Source: Okeania sp. (GTDB lineage Bacteria; Cyanobacteriota; Cyanobacteriia; Cyanobacteriales; Microcoleaceae). From it: a stretch of DNA of 10,749 nt. Where the stretch lies: the NCBI RefSeq assembly GCF_035285525.1, contig NZ_JAYKGW010000099.1:1-10749 (forward strand), read 5' to 3'. The notes below the pieces were generated by a model, which was not told where the DNA came from, did not search any database, and was given only the letters and a program-made list of their open reading frames with translations. The position numbers were made by a program, and so were the translations under genes. Below are positions 3,601 to 9,400 of this stretch, piece after piece; position 1 is the first letter of the stretch, and each line of letters begins with the position of its first letter.

Positions 3601-6146
3601 TCAGCTTCGATAGTAGCGATCGCTAATGCAAAGTGGAGTGAATAATTTTCTGACCAACTTTGTTCATCGAGAAATTTTTGTCCAGCATAACAATAACGGC
3701 GACTGCTTTCATAAGCAACAGAAATTTTGGCTTTTTGACTTGCTTGAAAATTCAATTGGGCAATTTGGTTACGTTCTTCCTGTTCAAAAATTAAGTCAAT
3801 GCCGATATTGAGATGATTGACAATGGTAAAAAGATGATTCTCTTGCTCGCTCTCGGAAAGATTATGCCAAAGTTGACGACCTATTTTCAAGTGGGTGAGT
3901 TGTTTTTGGTCTTCAGCTATCAAAGAATAAGCTGCCTGTTGAACGCGATCGTGCAAAAACTTATAATTAACAACCTGAGAGCTTTCCTCTTGATTATCTG
4001 ATTTTTTTTGCCCAATATAAAACTTATAAACTTGACTTTGAGGTAATATAAAACCCTCTTGCAAAGCCTTCCACAAACTATTTGCGGTATCTTCTTTTGA
4101 CTGCTCACAAACAATAGCCAAAGTCTTCAAATCAAACTGATTCCCAATACAAGCTGCTAATTTCACAACTTCTTGAGTTTCTGATGGCAATTTTTGTAAC
4201 CGCCACGCCATAAAATATACCACATCATCAGTAAGTGCCCTTTGCCTTACCTCAGAAACATCACATTCCCAATACCCCACTTCAAAATTAAACCTAATCA
4301 ACTTATCTTCATATAAACCTAACAAAAACTGAGTCGTAAAAAATGGATTTCCTTTCGTCTTCTGATACACCAACTCCGTTAAAGGTTTAGCTACTTCTTC
4401 ATCACAACTCAGGGTATCCGCCACTAAATGATTAATATGATTCTCAGACAAAGGTGCTAAAGTAATGGTGTTAATTTTAGCATTTTCTTTCCTTATTTCA
4501 TTCAGAGTTAACATCAACGGATGAGCCGGAAATACCTCATTATCTCGATATGCTCCTATCATCAGCAAATAAGAATTAGAAGCTTCAATCATTAACAGTT
4601 TCATTAAATTCAGAGAAGCGGAATCTGCCCATTGTAAATCATCTAAGAAAATGACTAAAGGATGTTCTTTGCTCGTGAAAACTTGAATAAATTTACCAAA
4701 CAACAAATTAAAACGATTCTGGGCAGCATTTCCTGATAATTCTGATACAGCAGGTTGTTTACCAATAATTTTTTCTAATTCTGGAATGACTTCAATTATT
4801 ATTTGCCCCTGAACTCCCACTGCCTCCAAAATTTTATCTTTCCATTGCCGTAGTTGACTATCGCTTTCACTCAATATTTGTGCCATTAAATCTCGCAGAG
4901 ACTCAACTAAGGCAGAAAAGGGAACATGACGATTAAACTGGTCAAATTTTCCTTTGACAAAATAACCCCTTTGCTTCACAATAGGTTTGTGAACTTCATT
5001 GACAACAGCAGTTTTACCAATCCCAGAGAAACCTGCTACTAAAAGAAGACGCGGAGAGGGGGAGAGGGGGAGAGGGGGAGACGCGGAGTGGGAGCTATTA
5101 CGGGGGGGATTACTAATTTCCTCAAAAGCATCCAATAAGGTTTGTACTTCTGCTTCTCTGCCATATAATTTTTCGGGAATGAGGAAGCGATCGCTAATAT
5201 CCCTACTTCCCAACTCAAAATCCTCTATTTCCCCTTTTTCCTGCCATTCCTGTCGGCATCTTTCCAAATCATATTTTAACCCCAAAGCACTCTGATAGCG
5301 ATCTTCAGCATTTTTCGCCATCAACTTCACTACAATATCCATGAGCATTTGAGGTATTTCTGCACCATGAACCAAATTTCCCTCCCAGGAGGAGTTAGGG
5401 GTAGGTTCCAAACGAGCCAAACTCCCTTCTTCCTTCCTCCCTATAATTGGTAAAACCGCCAAATGACAATGTATCAATTCCATTGGATCGGTAGTTTCAT
5501 AAGGTAATTTTCTATTTAACATTTCAAAAAATGTTACTCCCAAGGAATAAAAGTCACTACGATAATCTATTCCTCGGTTCATCCTTCCCGTTTGCTCTGG
5601 AGAAATGTAGGCTAAAGTTCCTTCTAATACATTTGGTGTTTGAATAGTTTGAGTTTCTTTTGGCAGTAGACTAGAAATACTAAAGTCTATAATTTTTACC
5701 TGTTTAGTTTCTGGATTAATTAGTATATTTGCAGGTTTAATATCTTTATGAATAATTCGGTTTTGGTGTAATTCATAAAGAATTTCAGTTATCTGAATAG
5801 CTATGTCTAAAAATTCGGATATATTTGAAGTTTCAGATGGCAAACTTTGATAATATTCAGCTAAAGAAATACTTCCCAAATCTGGCATAATTAAAGCATA
5901 GCCATTCTCATAACGTTCCAAAGCTAATGGTTTAACAATACCTTCTATTTGTAGATTCCTCGCAATAGTGTACTGGTTACGAAATTGAACTAATTCATTA
6001 AAAGAAGGAAAATTATTCCGCATCAGTTTAATAATTACTGGTTCACCATCTGCTTTAGTCAATCCACTATAGACCACAGTTCTCGAACTCTCATGTATTA
6101 AATCTCTGATTTTGTAATTATTTAAAGATTTTATAGTTATACTCAT
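651..6146 (-). CDS. Multidomain sensor protein (copy B): Ser/Thr protein kinase - STAND/AAA_16-type NTPase - helical TPR-like region - GAF - histidine kinase (HisKA + HATPase_c), 1831 aa
   Basis: Uninterrupted ORF with ATG at 6146-6144 and TAG at 653-651. Kinase motifs read from the translation: VIIK (K40), catalytic loop HKDIKPAN (nt 5727-5750, checked codon by codon), DFS (5679-5687) and SPEQTGRMNR. NTPase motifs: Walker A GFSGIGKT (5010-5033, checked) and Walker B LVIFLDDLQWAD (4623-4658). A helical TPR-like region spans ~2157-3869 and a GAF-like region ~1542-2024. Histidine kinase motifs: H-box VAHEINNPL with the His codon at 1431-1433, N-box QVFMNIIANGID, G1 EDNGKGM (834-854) and G2 GTGLGLAIV (747-773). 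Domain names follow from well-known motif families, not from a database search. Confidence 0.95.
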   Translation of the reverse strand: MSITIKSLNNYKIRDLIHESSRTVVYSGLTKADGEPVIIKLMRNNFPSFNELVQFRNQYTIARNLQIEGIVKPLALERYENGYALIMPDLGSISLAEYYQSLPSETSNISEFLDIAIQITEILYELHQNRIIHKDIKPANILINPETKQVKIIDFSISSLLPKETQTIQTPNVLEGTLAYISPEQTGRMNRGIDYRSDFYSLGVTFFEMLNRKLPYETTDPMELIHCHLAVLPIIGRKEEGSLARLEPTPNSSWEGNLVHGAEIPQMLMDIVVKLMAKNAEDRYQSALGLKYDLERCRQEWQEKGEIEDFELGSRDISDRFLIPEKLYGREAEVQTLLDAFEEISNPPRNSSHSASPPLPLSPSPRLLLVAGFSGIGKTAVVNEVHKPIVKQRGYFVKGKFDQFNRHVPFSALVESLRDLMAQILSESDSQLRQWKDKILEAVGVQGQIIIEVIPELEKIIGKQPAVSELSGNAAQNRFNLLFGKFIQVFTSKEHPLVIFLDDLQWADSASLNLMKLLMIEASNSYLLMIGAYRDNEVFPAHPLMLTLNEIRKENAKINTITLAPLSENHINHLVADTLSCDEEVAKPLTELVYQKTKGNPFFTTQFLLGLYEDKLIRFNFEVGYWECDVSEVRQRALTDDVVYFMAWRLQKLPSETQEVVKLAACIGNQFDLKTLAIVCEQSKEDTANSLWKALQEGFILPQSQVYKFYIGQKKSDNQEESSQVVNYKFLHDRVQQAAYSLIAEDQKQLTHLKIGRQLWHNLSESEQENHLFTIVNHLNIGIDLIFEQEERNQIAQLNFQASQKAKISVAYESSRRYCYAGQKFLDEQSWSENYSLHFALAIATIEAEYFNHNLEVAQQLSQETLEKAQTLLDRIKIYELQILFEINQNKMNEAISLALDVLSMLDINISQEPKSIAAEIKQLREDIALPTEDIANLVTLTEVNDQEKLAAVRILTNATSAAYIVNASTFPAIVMHTVRHCMKYGHSPLAASAYSWYGALLCGVYGEIEAGYEFGKLSLQLLEKFNARSFFAKVSNMFNVFVRPWKDRLQNAVADLPQAIQGGFDHGDVEYAFYAAVHYCNYLFYSGSPLDNVHQAQERYLPVIVKAKYEFHEGFLRINQQAVSNLLGETEEPQFLQGTILDGEKFLSQCLENKIMFLVLCFYEAQTRLAYLFEDYVGALNAGEQGWQYREAARGTLYASEHNFYYSLALLASGKLDPEKSDRIAANQSQLKNWAEFAPTNFQHKYDIVEAEKHRLLGAKTEAIEMYDRAIAGAKENEYIQEEAIANELAAKFYLDWGKEKIASVYMQEAYYCYARWGAKAKTDDLEKRYPDLLRPILERVAQTLDPLETLSTIIQDSITSSQSSTSSLNNTLDLATVLKASQAISGIIELDELLRQLTQIILQHSGGNRCVLILPNSQEEWFVEAIANPESTEICSQPLENHPNVPIKLIQYVKNTQETVVVNDLETDLPIIDRYLLQKKPKSVLCLPILNQGHLIGILYLKNFLVSGAFTRERVVILNFLCTQAAIALENARLYEQSQAYSQKLEQSQLQIVQYEKMASLGNLMAGVAHEINNPLGFLNGSIKHAQENLHDILEHLNIYQNHYQLNYPDTAEVIEENAEEIDLDYLCEDMPKLLSSMKNATERIKNLSTSLRTFSRADTEYKVIADIHQGIDSTLMILKYRLKANQERPEIQVIKDYGDFSEVECFPGQLNQVFMNIIANGIDVFDEVAQNLSYSEIEAQPQKITIKTALLTKKNVVKIIIEDNGKGMTPEVKARIFDHLFTTKGVGKGTGLGLAIVRQIVVEKHGGTIDCVSELGKGTKFIITLPLT
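2287..2294. repeat. HIP1 octamer GCGATCGC
   Basis: Exact match read from the sequence. Confidence 0.9.
2475..2482. repeat. HIP1 octamer GCGATCGC
   Basis: Exact match read from the sequence. Confidence 0.9.
3616..3623. repeat. HIP1 octamer GCGATCGC
   Basis: Exact match read from the sequence. Confidence 0.9.
5045..5092. repeat. In-frame octanucleotide tandem repeat (three perfect GGAGAGGG units flanked by degenerate units) inside the kinase-NTPase linker
   Basis: On +: gaagacgc ggagaggg ggagaggg ggagaggg ggagacgc ggagtggg. The 9-mer gacgcggag occurs at 5048-5056 and 5080-5088. The sense strand encodes ...SHSASPPLPLSPSPRLL... just upstream of Walker A. A G7 run (C7 in sense) follows at 5102-5108. 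Confidence 0.8.
5187..5194. repeat. HIP1 octamer GCGATCGC
   Basis: Exact match read from the sequence. Confidence 0.9.
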
Positions 6147-6218
6147 AGCAAGTTAATTCCAACACTTTTTGATAACTCTATTATTAATACTACAAAATAG
6201 AGTTTGAATAGCTTGTGA

Positions 6219-6229
6219 GTTATATCACA
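6219..6229 (-). promoter_or_regulatory. Candidate extended -10 (TGaTATAAC on the minus strand) ~70 nt upstream of the copy B ATG; motif match only
   Basis: The reverse complement of 6219-6229 is TGTGATATAAC. The -35 position holds only TTCATC. There is no experimental or comparative support. Confidence 0.2.
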
Positions 6230-6321
6230 ATCTATTGGTTGGATGAATGTATGGCAGAAGGCAGAAGGAAAAATCTTGCTTTGTCTGGGTTGGAGGATTT
6301 TGATGGGTCTGCGCCTTTTGC

Positions 6322-6445
6322 TTCCATGAGTAGTAACACAATCTTCGGTGGTTGTTACAGCCTCGAAGGCTGTGTTACAAAAATTCCATGAGTAGTAACA
6401 CAATCTTCGGTGGTTGTTACAGCCTCGAAGGCTGTGTTACAAAAA
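6322..6445. repeat. Perfect tandem duplication (2 x 62 bp) of a palindromic unit related to the 416..608 array
   Basis: 6322-6383 and 6384-6445 are both TTCCATGAGTAGTAACACAATCTTCGGTGGTTGTTACAGCCTCGAAGGCTGTGTTACAAAAA. Within a unit, 6333-6347 pairs with 6364-6378: 15 positions with 13 Watson-Crick pairs, 1 G.U/T and 1 mismatch, around a 16-nt loop. A competing local hairpin ACAGCCT/AGGCTGT lies at 6357-6373. Confidence 0.95.
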
Positions 6446-6474
6446 TCCTACAGAAATTATCAATTCTTTCTGCC

Positions 6475-6495
6475 TATTCCCTATTCCCTGTTCCC
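6475..6495. repeat. STRR-like heptanucleotide repeat (TATTCCC x2 + TGTTCCC) overlapping the stop codon of 6495..10749
   Basis: tattccc occurs at 6475-6481 and 6482-6488, and tgttccc at 6489-6495. C6495 is part of the TAG stop codon (6495-6497 on +). Confidence 0.8.
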
Positions 6496-9400
6496 TAAGT
6501 TAAGGGTAAAGTAATAATAAATTTTGTACCCTTACCCACCTCTGAGATACAATCTATTATACCCCCATGTTTCTCCACCACTATTTGCCGAACTATTGCC
6601 AATCCTAACCCCGTTCCCTTACCCACACCTTTTGTGGTAAATAAATGGTCAAATATTCTTTTTTTCACCTCTGGTGGCATACCCTTACCATTATCCTCAA
6701 TTATAATTTTTACTAGATTTTCTTCCCTCACTTGTACAGTTTTAATAGTAATTTTTGGAGTTTTGGCTGACAAATCTGAATCAGATAAATCCTGAGCTGC
6801 TTCATCAAAAACATCTATCGCATTAGCAATAATATTCATAAACACCTGATTCAGTTGTCCCGGAAAACACTTCACTTCCGAAAATTCCCCATAGTCTTTG
6901 ATAACTTCAATTCCAGGGCGCTGCGGATTCCCTTTGAGTCGGTATTTCAGAATCATTAAGGTACTATTAATTCCCTGATGTATGTCGGCACTAATTTTAT
7001 GTTCTCTATCCGCACGGGAAAAAGTGCGCAAACTGGTACTAAGATTCTTGATGCGCTCTGTGGCATTTTCCATTGATTTCAGAAGTTTGGGTATATCTTC
7101 ATACAAATAATCTAGGTCGATCTCTTCTGCATTTTCTTCTATCGCTTGGACTGTATCAGGATAATACTTATGATAGAGTAGAAAATGTTCCATCATGTCA
7201 TGTAGATTCTCCTGAAGATTACCAATACTACCAGTGAGAAACCCCAGAGGATTATTAATTTCATGGGCGACTCCTGCCATTAAATTACCTAAAGAAGCCA
7301 TTTTTTCATATTGCACAATCTGGAGTTGAGATTGTTCTAACTTCTGAGAGTAAGCTTGAGATTGTTCATAGAGACGGGCATTTTCCAGAGCAATAGCAGC
7401 TTGAGTACAGAGGAAGTTGAGAACCAGAACTCGTTCTCTGGTGAACGCACCACTAACTAATAAATTTTTTAGGTACAAAATACCAATCAAATGTCCTTGA
7501 TTGAGAATGGGTAAACACAATACACTTTTGGGTTGATTTCGCCGTAAATATTTGCCAATGACTGGTAAATCTGTCTGTAAATCGTTAACGACTACAGTTT
7601 CTTGAGTATTTTTGACATATTGAATTAATTTGATGGGTACATTGGGATTATTTTCTAAAGGTTGGTGACATATTTCTGTTGATTTGGGAGTGGCAATAGC
7701 TTGAACAAACCATTCCCTATTGCTATTGGGTAAAATTAAAGCACAGCGATCGCCTCCAGAATGTTGGAGAATAATTTGAGTGAGTTCACGCAATAATTCA
7801 TCTAGCTCAATAATTCCAGAAATTGCTTGAGAAGCTTTGAGTACAGTTGCTAAGTCGAAAGTGCTATTAAAACTGGTAGTGGAGGAATAGGTAGTAGCAA
7901 GGGCATTTTGAACTGAAGGAGTAGACTGGACAAGAGTAGACAGAGTTTCTAATGGGTTTAAAGTTGATGCTGCTTGTTTTAAAATCGGACTCAGTAAGTG
8001 AGGATACCGTTCTTCTAAGTCCTCAGTTTTGGCTTTCGCGCCCCAACGAGCATAACAATAATAGGCTTCTTGCATATAAACGGAGGCAATTTTATCTTTA
8101 TCCCATTCGAGGTAGAATTGGGCAGCGAGTTCGTTAGCTAAAGCTTCTTCATAATCATAATGATTAGTTTGAGCGGTAGTTATTGCTTGTTCATAAAAAT
8201 CAATTGCTTCCGTTTTTTGTCTGTTTAATCGCGCTTTTTCTGCTTGTATAATTAAACATTTATGGAGTATATTTTCCGGACAAAAATTTTGCCAAGTATT
8301 TAATTTTTCTTCCAGAGAAGCAAGTTTTTCTAAATGAAATTGATAGTCTTCTTCCTCTCTACTCATTTTCGCTAAAGTTATGTGCATTAGAGCGACATAA
8401 AACACACTGGAAGGAACTTTAGCATGACTAGAAACAGTATTTTCAATTATCTCTAATTTATCAATTAAGTGAGGGTAGGCAACCGTATCATTAAATAAGT
8501 AAGCATGGCGAATTTTCACAGAATAATACCAAGAAAGATGGTAAGGAGTTTCCCTGTATTTCTGTAAATATTCAGATTCACTGAAGTCATCATCATCAAA
8601 AGTGAAAATTGTTTGAGTTAAACCCAATAGATTCCGAATGGGTTGCAAAACTCCAACAATTAAAGCATCCAAGTTTTCTAAACTTTTAATTTGACGCAGA
8701 AAATCAGCATGGGTTTTAGTAATAGTATACAGTTCACTTAAATTTTTACCGTAAGTCAAGCGGTCTGAACCACTTTGCATCATCATAAAGCCTACCGTGA
8801 GCCAGTTCCCCGCTTCCATGCCATACTTATAGGCATTTTCATAATAAGCATCTGCTTCCCGAACTGGGCGACTCCAGCTCTGAACATCCGCAGCCAAGAG
8901 AAAATTAGTCATTCCCCGTACATCAGCATTATCAAATTGTTCGCACAGTTGCACAGCCATGTCTCCAAATTGATAACCTGTCGCAGCATCTTGGAGCATG
9001 GCATTGGCAATTAAACCATAACCGACATAACCGAAGGGAGACATTTCACTGTTACCATTTTCTAAAGATAAAGTTGTCATCTTCGCTACCGCTAGCAGTG
9101 ATAAGGTAGTTTGTCCATCAAGCCATGCAGCATAGAACAGAATTTGTAAAATTCGCAGCATTTCTGCCATGTTTTCATCTTTCATTTTGGGAAGTTCGAG
9201 AATTGATTCTATTGTCTGCTGCTCTAGAAATTTCCTAACTTTAGCAATTTCTTCGTCTAGGGTGGTTTTAATTAGTTTTAGCTCTGTGGGAATTTCCCAA
9301 CCAAGTAGAAGTATACTTTCGTATTGAATAGCGATCGCTTCCTTATTTCTCCCTTGAAGCTGATACTGAGTCATTTGGATCCGATAAATTACCCCTTTAT

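Noticed and set aside
2287-3623. HIP1 sites lie near the edges of the variable block of copy B (2287 at the identity breakpoint, 2475 and 3616 just inside), suggesting HIP1-mediated cassette exchange
   Set aside because: The pattern is not reproduced in copy C, which has one HIP1 about 220 nt inside one edge, none at the other, and GCTAAAGC at the position matching 2287. With six sites in 10.7 kb, such proximity is plausible by chance.
6143-6403. 86-aa minus-strand ORF in the spacer whose TGA overlaps the copy B ATG (ATGA), which could suggest a translationally coupled small upstream gene
   Set aside because: It is read straight through the two 62-bp palindromic repeat copies in different frames, because 62 is not a multiple of 3. 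The product is Cys-rich, low-complexity sequence with no recognisable motif. The ATGA overlap arises simply because codon 2 of the kinase gene starts with A (copy A also has ATGA). It is most likely a chance ORF.
1585-9014. Short ORFs from the six-frame track inside the two large genes (1585..1773+, 2220..2498+, 3626..3811+, 3813..4001+, 3920..4114-, 4999..5295+, 7952..8137+, 8775..9014+)
   Set aside because: All lie antisense to, or out of frame within, long well-supported CDSs. They have no recognisable motifs. The longest (4999..5295) owes its openness to the GC-rich octamer repeat. I treat them as spurious.
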